A DNA stretch of 63,976 bases, the filler included, from an uncultured bacterium (GTDB taxonomy: Bacteria > CAZDME01 > JAYEMH01), in assembly GCA_964506785.1 (NCBI GenBank). It is 3 parts of 3 records of this genome, joined end to end, with 100 filler letters (N's around TTAATTAATTAA, not from the genome) between each part and the next. Parts side by side here need not be neighbours in the genome. Positions count along the whole stretch, not along the records: positions 26,396 to 51,211 come from CAZDME010000016.1; 2 more parts are not named here. One strand, given 5' to 3'. The position numbers were made by a program, and so were the translations under genes. Positions within the stretch are counted from its first letter, which is position 1. Each line of letters starts with the position of its first letter. Shown piece by piece: positions 27,947 to 37,300 of the stretch. A model generated the notes under the pieces. That model was not told the origin of the DNA and did not search any database. It saw nothing but the letters and a program-made list of their open reading frames with translations.

Positions 27947-29068
27947 GTGGCAAGCGGGGAAATGTTTACGGATAATTATTTTTTCTTTGGCAAATCTTAC
28001 CGGATAAGCACCGATTCAAAGGCCTTTCGGCAGGAATTAAAAGATATCTACCGCCATTTTCTCTCTCTTAAAAGGGGGGAAATTTTTGAGAAAATCCATA
28101 TTTTCTCCGGGCAGACAAACTGTCAAAAAGCCGGGATAAAGTGGGACGATTCTTTTTATCCTCTTTCTAAACTTTCGGCCAGGCAAGTGGCTTTGGCCAT
28201 ACCCTCTTTGATTGCCTCCCGGATGAGCAGTCACTTTATTTTCCACGGGGGAGTGGTTTCCTGGAAAGGGAAGGGATTTATTATTTGTGCTTATTCGGCT
28301 TTTGGCAAGACCACCCTGGTTATGGAGCTTTTAAAAAGGGGTTTTTCTTTACTCTCCGACGAATTAGCCCCTATTTCTGTTTCTTCCCGGTTGATTGAAC
28401 CTTTTCCCCGCAGCCTTCGCCTTTCCGCAAAAACCTTTAAGCTTTTTCCGGAGCTCTCCACTGCGCATCTGAAGAAAAACAAGAAGGATAGACGAAGAAA
28501 AATCATGCTTGATATTGATAATTTAGCCTGGGCAAAATTAGGCGAAAGATGTTTTCCCGGTTATGTTATTTTTCTCATCCCTCCTGGAGGGATAAAGGGG
28601 AAAGAAACCTTTATTGAGTTGGCCTTAACCTATATTACCCCTGCTTTTTTAAAGAAGTTAGCGAAAATAAAAGGAGTCAGGGAAGTAAGCCGGATTAAGG
28701 GAAGAGATTTCTCTTTGCTCAGCCTGAAGGTAAAAAAAGGAGTAAGATTAATACCGGCCATAAAAAACCTTTGTCTTGACTGCCGGATTCCCCTCATTTA
28801 TGCTCATCGGGGTAAAGCTGGACCAATGGATTGGCAAGCTTTCCCTTCTTTAAAGCCGATAGCTTCCTCATCGGGTTTTTTAAAACTTAGCCAGATGCTT
28901 CTTTTAGTTTCTAAGGAAGCTTTGCTGAAGGGAAGATTTAGCGGAAGTTCCCCCCGCTTGCTTATGGAATTAACCAGGCTTACTCAAGGAACGCGTTTTT
29001 TTGAAATGGTTCCGGGGAAACTCAGCCAGATGGCTGAATTAATTGAGAAATTGGTAAAAAGAGTTTAG
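27947..29068 (+). CDS. HPr-kinase-like P-loop serine kinase (RiPP/lasso-cluster type) with internal insertion
   Basis: FHGGVV, CAYSAFGKTT (P-loop), LLSDE, PFPRSL. Confidence 0.8.
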   Translation: MASGEMFTDNYFFFGKSYRISTDSKAFRQELKDIYRHFLSLKRGEIFEKIHIFSGQTNCQKAGIKWDDSFYPLSKLSARQVALAIPSLIASRMSSHFIFHGGVVSWKGKGFIICAYSAFGKTTLVMELLKRGFSLLSDELAPISVSSRLIEPFPRSLRLSAKTFKLFPELSTAHLKKNKKDRRRKIMLDIDNLAWAKLGERCFPGYVIFLIPPGGIKGKETFIELALTYITPAFLKKLAKIKGVREVSRIKGRDFSLLSLKVKKGVRLIPAIKNLCLDCRIPLIYAHRGKAGPMDWQAFPSLKPIASSSGFLKLSQMLLLVSKEALLKGRFSGSSPRLLMELTRLTQGTRFFEMVPGKLSQMAELIEKLVKRV

Positions 29069-29070
29069 TC

Positions 29071-31527
29071 TCAGAACTTCACCTTTACCCAATCCAATAA
29101 AACTCCCAGATTAGCGCTATAACCTTTAATGGCATATTCGTAGGGATTCCAGACAGTTGCGGTAATTCTTAAGACCGCCCTCCGGGGAAGAGAAGATTTA
29201 GTTACTGATGAAGGAATAATTAGGTTATATTCTTTGAATTCATTGGCCACTTCAAATTCTTTGATAAAATTTCCGTCCAGATAAAGAGAAATCCGGGCTA
29301 ATTTTTCTTCTTTCGGCCGGGCTCCGCCCATTTTGATAGTCAAACTAACCTTTTTATCTTCCTCCGGCCAGGGGATAGTTATTTCGGCCAGGCCGTATGT
29401 CCAGCGGCCGTTTATTCCGCCGCTATAGTTTCTCACCCGGTCAAAACCGCCGGCCAGGCCAAAGCAGTTTCGGCCGATATCGATAAAATGTTCACCTTTC
29501 TTTTCTTGCCTTTTTCTCTCAAGCAGCTTTAGCTGAAAGATTTTAACCGGTATTTTAAATTTTTTCACCTTCCGGGGAATCTGACGCAGCGGTTCTTCCA
29601 GCCGGCTTGAGTCTAAAATAGCCGAACCAACCTCCTGAAAATCGACTCTTGGGGTAAAAGGTTTGCTTTCCCGGGAGATATAGAAGACTTGCTTGTTTTC
29701 TTCAAGCCATTTCTCTATTATACTTAAGGCCTGCCAGGCTTTAGGGATATTTTGGTCAGAAAGGGAAAGGGTGTTTTTACCGTAGATATAATGCAAGGGA
29801 GTAGCCAGCCAATATCCATCACAGATATAGATAGCTTCTTCTTTCATTTGTTTCGCCAGATTTTCCGAAAATTCAATCATCCCTTGATAATCCACCTGTT
29901 TTATCAAAAGGGGAATTCGCCAGATGGGGAAGGCAAGAAGATAAATACAGATAGCCGTAGCTATGATTCGGCCGGTTATTTTTTTTCGCTCGCTTAATTC
30001 GATAATCAGGTAGCTGGCAAAAAGGTAAAAGCTGGGTACCATAAAGGGAACATAGCGCCTGAGGGCCCAGGGGTAGCTGGGAGCCAGGACCTTGTTACGC
30101 AGGAAGAAAAACGAAAAGGTTAAGGCCATGATGACAAAAGGTGCTTTTTTTCGGGAAAAACCCTGCCAAAAGGCCATCCCTAATCCAAAGATTGCCAGCC
30201 AGAAGCCTAAAGGGGTAAGGAAGAGAGCCAATTCTTGGGCATTGGTAGCATTGTTATTTAGAGGCATTATCCGGGGGCGAAGAAAATAAAGATAAAATGC
30301 CAGAAGCACTAGGAGCAAACTAGCCCCTCTTCTAAGATATTTCTTCTGGCAGAGGCGGTTAAAGAACGGCTTTATTTTCCCGGAGAAGACTTTTAAAAGA
30401 ATTAGCAGAATTAGGCCTGTCCCCAGAGCAATTACGGCTTTATCCCTGGCCGGATTGAATTTATAATGGTACCAATAAATGTTATAAATATAGGTTTTAG
30501 TAAAAAATACCCCCTGAATTAGCAAATAGACCAGTAAAAGGCTGAAAGGAACGATAAAAAAGAGGTCAAAACGCCTAAATTTCCCCCAATTTCGGTAGAA
30601 AAAGTAAAGAACTAATGCCGGAAGAATGAGGATAATGGTAAAAGAAGAAAGGAGAGCGGCTCCCAGGGTAAAGGCTCCGATTAAAGCCAGGAAAGGTTCA
30701 TTTTTCTCTTCATAAAGGGCCAAAAGATAGATTCCGCTCCAGAGTAGAAACTGACTGAATATTTCAGTGGTAGAAAAGCGAACATACCAAATCTGGATAA
30801 CGCTTAGGGCCAGAAATAGAGAGGCAAGCCCGGCTACTTTGCGGTTAAAAAGAATCCTGGCGGCTTGATAAAAGGCCAGGAGCCCCAAGAGGGCGAAGCA
30901 CGGATTTAGATAAAGGCTGAAGCGCAGGCCAAAAAGGCTGTAGAAGATAGCTATCCAGACTGGATAAAGGTGATAAAAACGGGGAATAATCCGACCCCTA
31001 ACTGAATCGGTAATCATGAAGCCGGGATATTTCTGCTGGATATTTACCCGGTTGTGAGAGAAGGCTTCCTGTTCCGCGGCCTTTAGGCCGGCCCAGGTTT
31101 TATCTTCAATCTTGATTGAGCCGGTTTTGGCGATATTTATCCCGGTGTTGAGATATGTTCCCGGGTCCCAGCCTCCTTCCAGATACTGATGCGGCCGGAA
31201 GAAGATAAAGGAGCTTAAAGCTAATAAAGCTAAAAGAAACCAGTTGGGCCGGAAGCGGATTTTTTTAAACTTTAACCCTTCCGGCCGTTTAAGATAAAGG
31301 CAGATAAATATAGTTAATGAATAGATACCCAGAAAAAAGACAAGATAGAAAAGGGAGAAAAAACCAAGTTGAGCCAATATCAGGCCGATTAAAGAACTGA
31401 GAAGAATGCTGATAAGTAAAGAGAAAGAATTTTTTCCCTTTAAAAGAAGACTGGTGAGATAGCCGGGCAGAAAAAAGATAAAAATGGCTGATAAAATCTT
31501 TCCGAAAAGCAGGAAGGCTGAATTCAT
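29071..31527 (-). CDS. GT-C (ArnT/PMT-like) polytopic glycosyltransferase with C-terminal extracytoplasmic domain
   Basis: More than 12 TM; GGWDPGTY, FYHLYPVW, QIWYVRFSTTE, WALRRYVP; soluble beta-rich C-terminus. Confidence 0.82.
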   Translation of the reverse strand: MNSAFLLFGKILSAIFIFFLPGYLTSLLLKGKNSFSLLISILLSSLIGLILAQLGFFSLFYLVFFLGIYSLTIFICLYLKRPEGLKFKKIRFRPNWFLLALLALSSFIFFRPHQYLEGGWDPGTYLNTGINIAKTGSIKIEDKTWAGLKAAEQEAFSHNRVNIQQKYPGFMITDSVRGRIIPRFYHLYPVWIAIFYSLFGLRFSLYLNPCFALLGLLAFYQAARILFNRKVAGLASLFLALSVIQIWYVRFSTTEIFSQFLLWSGIYLLALYEEKNEPFLALIGAFTLGAALLSSFTIILILPALVLYFFYRNWGKFRRFDLFFIVPFSLLLVYLLIQGVFFTKTYIYNIYWYHYKFNPARDKAVIALGTGLILLILLKVFSGKIKPFFNRLCQKKYLRRGASLLLVLLAFYLYFLRPRIMPLNNNATNAQELALFLTPLGFWLAIFGLGMAFWQGFSRKKAPFVIMALTFSFFFLRNKVLAPSYPWALRRYVPFMVPSFYLFASYLIIELSERKKITGRIIATAICIYLLAFPIWRIPLLIKQVDYQGMIEFSENLAKQMKEEAIYICDGYWLATPLHYIYGKNTLSLSDQNIPKAWQALSIIEKWLEENKQVFYISRESKPFTPRVDFQEVGSAILDSSRLEEPLRQIPRKVKKFKIPVKIFQLKLLERKRQEKKGEHFIDIGRNCFGLAGGFDRVRNYSGGINGRWTYGLAEITIPWPEEDKKVSLTIKMGGARPKEEKLARISLYLDGNFIKEFEVANEFKEYNLIIPSSVTKSSLPRRAVLRITATVWNPYEYAIKGYSANLGVLLDWVKVKF

Positions 31528-31618
31528 CGGTAAAAAATGTCTTAGGTGTAATCTAAAAGGTGTGCTGGGTTTATTTTGTATTATAAACCTTTAAAAATTG
31601 TGTTATAATTTTAGCATA

Positions 31619-32104
31619 ATGGATAAAAAATTCCAAAACAAATATTTCTGGAGTGTGGCTAAAGGAAAAAGCATGTCTCCTTTTATAAAAGAAGGGGACC
31701 GCCTTCTTCTGGCCGCTTTTTCTTCTTCTCAGATAAAACCGGGAGATATTGTGGCCATAAAGACGGGGCCGGGGATAGTTATTCACCGCCTTATAAGAAA
31801 ATACCGCCGGCATGGCCGGCTCTATTTTCAGGAAAAAGGCGACGGCAACCTGAGAGGGGAAACTATAGCTCCTGGAGATATTTTGGGTAAGGCCATTCTT
31901 ATCAAGCGTGGAGAAAAAGAAAAACATCTAAATCGGCCTCTCTGGCAGATTTTTAATAGAATTATGGGCACATATGGTTATTTATTATCTTCTCTATATC
32001 AACTGTATCAGAAAACTAAACAAAATACCGGACATCCCCGAATGACCCCGCAGGATTCCCAAAAATCCCGGCGGGGCAGGCGGCGGCGGGATAATAATGC
32101 TTAA
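31619..32104 (+). CDS. S24/S26-family peptidase (Ser-His type, no N-terminal anchor)
   Basis: GKSMSPFIKEGD, IVIHRLI, EKGDGN; ATG at 31619. Confidence 0.88.
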   Translation: MDKKFQNKYFWSVAKGKSMSPFIKEGDRLLLAAFSSSQIKPGDIVAIKTGPGIVIHRLIRKYRRHGRLYFQEKGDGNLRGETIAPGDILGKAILIKRGEKEKHLNRPLWQIFNRIMGTYGYLLSSLYQLYQKTKQNTGHPRMTPQDSQKSRRGRRRRDNNA

Positions 32105-33323
32105 GGAACAAAAGTTACTTTTAAACTCTCTTGCTAGAGGAAGAAGCGAAAAACTTCTCCGGGAAGAAAGAAAAATCCTCGAGACTGGGAATTTAGACTG
32201 GAATTACATACTTAGGGAGGCTGATTATCACCGGCTCAACCCCCTTATTTATTATCACTGGCGGAAAGAAAAGTTGATTAGCTTAATTCCTGAGGGAATA
32301 AGTGCCCGGCTGGAAAAGAAACATTATGCCGTTGCTTTTAGTAATTTAAAATTATCCCGGGAACTTGAACGGTTGATAGCCATTTTTATTAAGGCCGGAA
32401 TAGAATTTATTATTCTCAAAGGGCCGGTTCTCGATGAAGCTATCTATCCCGAAAAGGGCCTGCGGCCTTTCGGTGATTTAGATATATTTATCCGCCGTCC
32501 GGATTTAGATAAAATGGAAGATATACTTTTAAAAGAGGGGTATTTACTCCCTGCGGGGATTCTTCCCAAACAGTTCTATCGGCAATTTCATTTCGAATTA
32601 CCCTTTGTCAATCAGACAAAGGGGGGAGCATATTTGGAAATTCATTGGGATCTTCTGCCCCGCTGGCGCCTGCATTCTCCTGATATCTTTGAGGTTTGGA
32701 AGCGGAGACAAACTTTCGGTGAAAATAAGGTGTTTTATTCTCTGGGAATCGAAGATATGATTATTTATCTTTGTGGCCACCTGGATTTGCATGCTTATAT
32801 GAACCGTTATCGCTATCCTTCGGCCAAAATAGAAGATTATATCTTGACTCCTTCAAGCGGCAATAGACTTATCTGGTTTTCTGATATTTTGGAAACAATT
32901 AGATTTTTTGGAGAAAGGATTGACTGGGTAAAACTTAGAAAAAGGGCAAAACACTGGGGGGTAGAGACGGCTGTTTCTGTCAATCTATCGATTCTTAAAC
33001 AATTGTTTCCGTTTGAGGGGATTTTGGAAACAATCGACTTTTCTTTAATCCCTCGTCAAGGAAGGGTTAAGAAAACCGTCATTTTACTTGCGGAAAAAAA
33101 TATTTTTTTCTCAAAGAAAAAAAGAAGCTGGGAGAAAACACTGGGGTTTCGAGGCTCTCTTTCCTGGACAGATTTAATCGAATATATGTTTCCGGGGGGA
33201 AATGTATTAAAAGCCAGATATAGAGATAAATCAGGTAAGATGCCTTTATTTTACCAGATTACCTATCGATTGAAATGCCTTTTTGAAGGATTGAAAGGTA
33301 TGTATATGGCTATTTTAAAATAA
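32097..33323 (+). CDS. Nucleotidyltransferase (NTP_transf_5 family)
   Basis: ILKGP..YP..LRPFGDLDIFI, LEIHW, WFSDI. Confidence 0.9.
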   Translation: MLKEQKLLLNSLARGRSEKLLREERKILETGNLDWNYILREADYHRLNPLIYYHWRKEKLISLIPEGISARLEKKHYAVAFSNLKLSRELERLIAIFIKAGIEFIILKGPVLDEAIYPEKGLRPFGDLDIFIRRPDLDKMEDILLKEGYLLPAGILPKQFYRQFHFELPFVNQTKGGAYLEIHWDLLPRWRLHSPDIFEVWKRRQTFGENKVFYSLGIEDMIIYLCGHLDLHAYMNRYRYPSAKIEDYILTPSSGNRLIWFSDILETIRFFGERIDWVKLRKRAKHWGVETAVSVNLSILKQLFPFEGILETIDFSLIPRQGRVKKTVILLAEKNIFFSKKKRSWEKTLGFRGSLSWTDLIEYMFPGGNVLKARYRDKSGKMPLFYQITYRLKCLFEGLKGMYMAILK

Positions 33324-33331
33324 GCTAATTT

Positions 33332-33460
33332 TTAGAGGAATCCGGGCTCATTCTCGCCGGATCCGAGAGTCAAGCCTAATTCTTCTTCCAGTTCTTCGGC
33401 TTCGTAGGTTTTTATCTCCGGCCTCTTATAAACTGTTTTTTTCTCTTTATCCTTGGACAT
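33332..33460 (-). CDS. 42-aa putative RiPP precursor peptide MSKDKEKKTVYKRPEIKTYEAEELEEELGLTLGSGENEPGFL
   Basis: Hand-translated; RBS GAGGT; overlaps the 3' end of the PqqD gene; YxxPxI RRE-recognition motif. Confidence 0.8.
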   Translation of the reverse strand: MSKDKEKKTVYKRPEIKTYEAEELEEELGLTLGSGENEPGFL

Positions 33461-33773
33461 GATTTACCTCTTGATAAGTTAGTAAACCTTTCTTTTTCAG
33501 TTTAGTTATTATTTGGTGGACATCTAATTCAACCGCTGTTTTAAGAGGCAGGCTAAAGGTCTTTTTAATGTTTTTCGCTATTTCGCCAACCTGGTGCCGA
33601 CCGTTAGCCATTTTCCAGATAAAAGCGGCTGTTTCATTTAAAACGTGAAGGCGCTCTGTTTTCGGGTCATAAAGCAACAGTTCCTGCCCAACTTTCGAAC
33701 TTATAACATCCTTCCTTATAAGTGGACATTTTATCATCATTTTAGGCTTTAACTTTTTCTCCCAACTGTCCAT
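33447..33773 (-). CDS. PqqD-family RiPP recognition element (RRE)
   Basis: LLLYDP...LHVLNETAAFIWKMANG...EIA...DV...L.KKGLL. Start is ATG 33773 or 33740; the ORF-track TTG at 33824 is part of a TTGACA -35 box. Confidence 0.9.
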   Translation of the reverse strand: MDSWEKKLKPKMMIKCPLIRKDVISSKVGQELLLYDPKTERLHVLNETAAFIWKMANGRHQVGEIAKNIKKTFSLPLKTAVELDVHQIITKLKKKGLLTYQEVNHVQG

Positions 33774-33863
33774 TATAATAGATTTCTTTATATCATTTTT
33801 ATCACGAATTATTTTTTTTGTCAAGAGAAACTATTTTTGCTCAAACTTTTTGCTGGGGAGTGG

Positions 33864-34649
33864 TTAATTTCCCTTTTTCTTGCTTCTAAAAAGGTTATAG
33901 TAGCCCGATAATTTTCCCCGGAAACTCAAAGGTTTATTCATATCGGAATTGGTTACTTTGATTCTTTTCAATTCATAGATATCCCTATTTAATTCTGCCA
34001 TCCCCCGGTTAGTGGTGCAGGCCCCTTTATATCCGGCCTTTTTTACCATCTCTTTAATCTCCGCTGTAAAGCCTCCGGTGGGGTAGGAGAAGTAATTAAC
34101 TGGCCGCTCTATCTTATTTTCAATCTCTCCTTTACATCCGGCTATTTCCTCCCAGAGTAGGCCTTCATCTTTTATGGCGGGAAGATAGACCTGATGTTTG
34201 GTATGACCGCCAAAAGATATTTTATTTTTTGCCATTTCCTTAATTTCTTCCCAGCTCATATAATTTTTTTCGTTGCTGATGGAGTATGAAACAATAAATA
34301 TGGTTGCCGGAAAGCCGTGTTTTTTTAAGGTCGGATAGGCCACGGTAAAATTATCTTGATAGCCGTCATCTATGGTAATAACCAAAGTTTTCTTTCTGAA
34401 TTTTCTTTCATTTTTTATTCCTTTTACCAACTCATCAAGAGAGATTACTTGATAATTTTTCTCTTTAAGATAGGCCATCTGCCGTCTGAAATTCTCCGGG
34501 GTGACGAAAAGGGAGCTTTCTTTATAGCCAAAACGGTGGTACATAAGGATGGGGACGACATAACGGGGGGAGAGCCAGAGAAAATAGACCGCTCCGCTAA
34601 TGATTGATAGAATGATTATCGCCCCTAAAAATCTTTTAAAAGATTTCAT
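33864..34649 (-). CDS. Polysaccharide deacetylase (IcaB-like CE4)
   Basis: PILMYH, ITIDDGY, GGHT, FSYPTG; RBS AAGGAGG before ATG 34649. Confidence 0.92.
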   Translation of the reverse strand: MKSFKRFLGAIIILSIISGAVYFLWLSPRYVVPILMYHRFGYKESSLFVTPENFRRQMAYLKEKNYQVISLDELVKGIKNERKFRKKTLVITIDDGYQDNFTVAYPTLKKHGFPATIFIVSYSISNEKNYMSWEEIKEMAKNKISFGGHTKHQVYLPAIKDEGLLWEEIAGCKGEIENKIERPVNYFSYPTGGFTAEIKEMVKKAGYKGACTTNRGMAELNRDIYELKRIKVTNSDMNKPLSFRGKLSGYYNLFRSKKKGN

Positions 34650-34726
34650 TGCTAACAACCTCCTTCAAAAATCGCTATATTCTACCACAATAGTCTTTTT
34701 CTTGCCACAAAAAATATAAAAACCAT

Positions 34727-34755
34727 TTGACAAGTTTGTTCCTCTGTGGTACAAT
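34727..34755 (+). promoter_or_regulatory. sigma70 promoter of the hydrogenase operon
   Basis: TTGACA-N17-TACAAT with extended TG. Confidence 0.8.
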
Positions 34756-34766
34756 CCCTTTTAAGA

Positions 34767-34784
34767 TTGTGATTTCCTTCACAA
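34767..34784. promoter_or_regulatory. Rex operator
   Basis: TTGTGATTTCCTTCACAA, one mismatch to consensus TTGTGAA-N4-TTCACAA, just downstream of the -10; rex is in the operon. Confidence 0.85.
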
Positions 34785-34810
34785 ACTAACACAAAACAAC
34801 TTAGCGATTT

Positions 34811-35845
34811 ATGTATTTTCTTTCATCCGTCAATTTAATTAAATTCCTGGATTTTTTAAAAGCCCAATATGGAGTTTATCTCCCTGTTAAAAAAGGGGAG
34901 GAACTCCTTTACAAAAGGTACACTGAATTTAGTAATGATATTGTAATCGGCGAAGTCCGTTCCTTTGAGCCCTTAAAGTCTTTTTTTTCCCGGGCTCGTG
35001 AAATTGTCGCCGAAGGATTTAAGGATTCTACCGGTTCTTCTATGCCGACAGGAGGCAAGCCTCTGGCCATTGTTGGCGTCAAGGCCTGTGACTTGAAAAG
35101 CTTCAAGATTCAGGATTATGTATTTCAAAACCATGATTATCAGGATCCTTTTTATATCAAAAACCGCCGGGACAACCTGATTATCTCCAGCGACTGCACC
35201 TCTGCCTTAGAAACCTGCTTTTGTTTAGCCCTTGGCCTTAAACCCTATCCCCGGGAAGATTTTGATATTAACCTTTCTCCGCTTACTGGCGGTTTCATTA
35301 TCGAGGTAGGCTCTCAAAAAGGCCAGGCCCTGATTGATAAAAATGCCTCTCTTTTTACCGAAGCCAAAAAAAACTTTCTTCTTGAAAGAGATGACCAGCG
35401 TCAAAGGGTCATTATGAAGGTAGAAAAGAACATTAAAGATAATAATATTCCTTATCAGGATTTTTTTAAAGGTGTAATTGAGAAAAACTATGAATCTGAT
35501 ATTTGGGCCGATGAAGCTCAAACCTGTGTTGAATGCGGTGCCTGCAATACAATCTGTCCCACCTGCCATTGTTTTCTTCTTTATGACCAGAAGGATGAGG
35601 AGAAGATGGTCCGTCTTCGCCTCTGGGATTCCTGTTTGATAAAGGATTTTGCCCGGGTGGCCGGAGGAGCCAATCCCCGGGAAAAGCTTTGGATGAGATT
35701 AAGAAACAGATTCGAGAAGAAATTTGATTTTTTTCCCAAAGTTGCCGAAGTTTACGCCTGCACCGGCTGCGGCCGTTGCATCTCGGCCTGTCCGGGCAAG
35801 ATAGATATCAGAAAGGTACTTAAAAGATTGGTAAGCGATGGATAA
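34811..35845 (+). CDS. Sulfhydrogenase beta / AsrA-like Fe-S subunit
   Basis: VKACD, CFC, CVECGACNTICPTCHCF, WDSC, CTGCGRCISACP. Confidence 0.9.
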   Translation: MYFLSSVNLIKFLDFLKAQYGVYLPVKKGEELLYKRYTEFSNDIVIGEVRSFEPLKSFFSRAREIVAEGFKDSTGSSMPTGGKPLAIVGVKACDLKSFKIQDYVFQNHDYQDPFYIKNRRDNLIISSDCTSALETCFCLALGLKPYPREDFDINLSPLTGGFIIEVGSQKGQALIDKNASLFTEAKKNFLLERDDQRQRVIMKVEKNIKDNNIPYQDFFKGVIEKNYESDIWADEAQTCVECGACNTICPTCHCFLLYDQKDEEKMVRLRLWDSCLIKDFARVAGGANPREKLWMRLRNRFEKKFDFFPKVAEVYACTGCGRCISACPGKIDIRKVLKRLVSDG

Positions 35846-36665
35846 TAAAATTGATAATCCATATCAGCCTATTGAGGCTCGGGTAATCGAGGTTATCCCG
35901 GAGACACCGACGATAAAGACTATCCGCTTTAAATCTAAAGTGCCTATTGGTTTTGCTACCGGCCAGTTTATCGCCCTGACCGTTCCCGGCGTAGGTGAAG
36001 CCCCTTTTACCCCCTCATCAAGGCCTTCCAGCCGAGAGACCATGGCGGTTACGGTGATGAAGGTCGGTAAGGTAACCGAGAAAATTCATCAGCTTAAAGA
36101 AGGCGATATTATCGGTATTCGGGGCCCATTGGGGCAGGGTTATCCCATTGACGAATTTAAAGGCAAGGAGATTCTGGTGGTTGGCGGCGGCTGCGGTTTT
36201 GCTCCTTTAAGAAGTCTGATGTATGAGCTTTTCGAACGGAGCGGCGAATTTAAAAAAATATTTTTTCGCGGCGGTTGCAAAACCCCTCAGGAACTGGTCT
36301 ATCACCGCGAGATTGATGAATGGCGAGACAAGACAGATTTGGATTTAAGGCTTACCGTTGACCAGGCCGATAGCCATTGGCAGGGAAATGTCGGGGTAGT
36401 GACCACTATTTTGGATGGCCTTGATATGGACTTTGCCCGGGCGATAGCCATTGTTTGCGGGCCGCCTATAATGATGAAATTTGCCACCCGGAAACTCTTA
36501 GAGCTGGGCTTTGGAGACGAGAATATTTATCTTTCTATGGAAAAGAATATGTCCTGCGGCATTGGAAAATGCGGCCATTGCCGGATTGGCGCCTATTATG
36601 CCTGTAAAGACGGCCCGGTTTTTACCTACGATAAAATAAAAGGTTTTCCCAATATATGGGACTGA
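35838..36665 (+). CDS. Sulfhydrogenase gamma / AsrB-like FAD/NAD(P)H [2Fe-2S] diaphorase subunit
   Basis: GQF..GEAPF, RGPLG, GGGCGFAP, CGPP, MSCGIGKCGHC...CKDGPVF. Confidence 0.92.
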   Translation: MDNKIDNPYQPIEARVIEVIPETPTIKTIRFKSKVPIGFATGQFIALTVPGVGEAPFTPSSRPSSRETMAVTVMKVGKVTEKIHQLKEGDIIGIRGPLGQGYPIDEFKGKEILVVGGGCGFAPLRSLMYELFERSGEFKKIFFRGGCKTPQELVYHREIDEWRDKTDLDLRLTVDQADSHWQGNVGVVTTILDGLDMDFARAIAIVCGPPIMMKFATRKLLELGFGDENIYLSMEKNMSCGIGKCGHCRIGAYYACKDGPVFTYDKIKGFPNIWD

Positions 36666-36733
36666 GCAGCTTAAAATTTAAAACTTAAAGCTAAAAACCT
36701 TAATAAGAATTTAAAACTTTTGAATTTTACGCT

Positions 36734-37300
36734 ATGGATAAAATAAAAACGACTGCCGAAGAACTTCACCAGGGAAAATTGAACCTGAATCCCCAGAAAA
36801 GTGAAAAAGTGCGGCTTTTTATTGACCTTGATATCTGCCACTCTGGTGAGTGTAAGGAGTGTGTTATTAAATGCAGTTATTTCTATCATCCCGATAATAA
36901 CGGTATTTTTTCCGTGGCTGAACTGGCCAGTTTGTTTCTGGTCTGCCGTCGGTGTGAAGAGCCTCATTGTGTCAATGCCTGTCCGGTAGATGCCCTGGAG
37001 CAGCAAAAAGAAAAAGACAACCTTCTCATCCGCCATAATATGCGTTGCATTAGCTGTCGGTCCTGCTCGCACGCCTGTCCTTATGGGACAATCTATCCGG
37101 AAAATGTCCCTTTATTAATTCATAATTGTGATTTTTGTTTTGACCGGAGGAAAAACAAAGATGAGCCTTTATGTATCCAGACCTGTCCTTATCAGGCTTT
37201 AAGTTTAAAAAGAGGGGATATGGAATTAAATGAAAACACCTTTTTAGTCGGAGAGAATCTTATCGTTCATTCCACTCATTGGGATAGAGAAAAGGCATGA
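36734..37300 (+). CDS. Polyferredoxin electron-transfer subunit (HycB/FdhB-like)
   Basis: CRRCEEPHCVNACP, CISCRSCSHACP, CDFC...CIQTCP. Confidence 0.88.
   Translation: MDKIKTTAEELHQGKLNLNPQKSEKVRLFIDLDICHSGECKECVIKCSYFYHPDNNGIFSVAELASLFLVCRRCEEPHCVNACPVDALEQQKEKDNLLIRHNMRCISCRSCSHACPYGTIYPENVPLLIHNCDFCFDRRKNKDEPLCIQTCPYQALSLKRGDMELNENTFLVGENLIVHSTHWDREKA

Noticed and set aside
33332-33824. PQQ biosynthesis or a canonical lasso peptide cluster
   Set aside because: No PqqB/C/E and no ExxxY core; no lasso cyclase or B2 protease, and the core is too short with no acceptor at positions 7-9.
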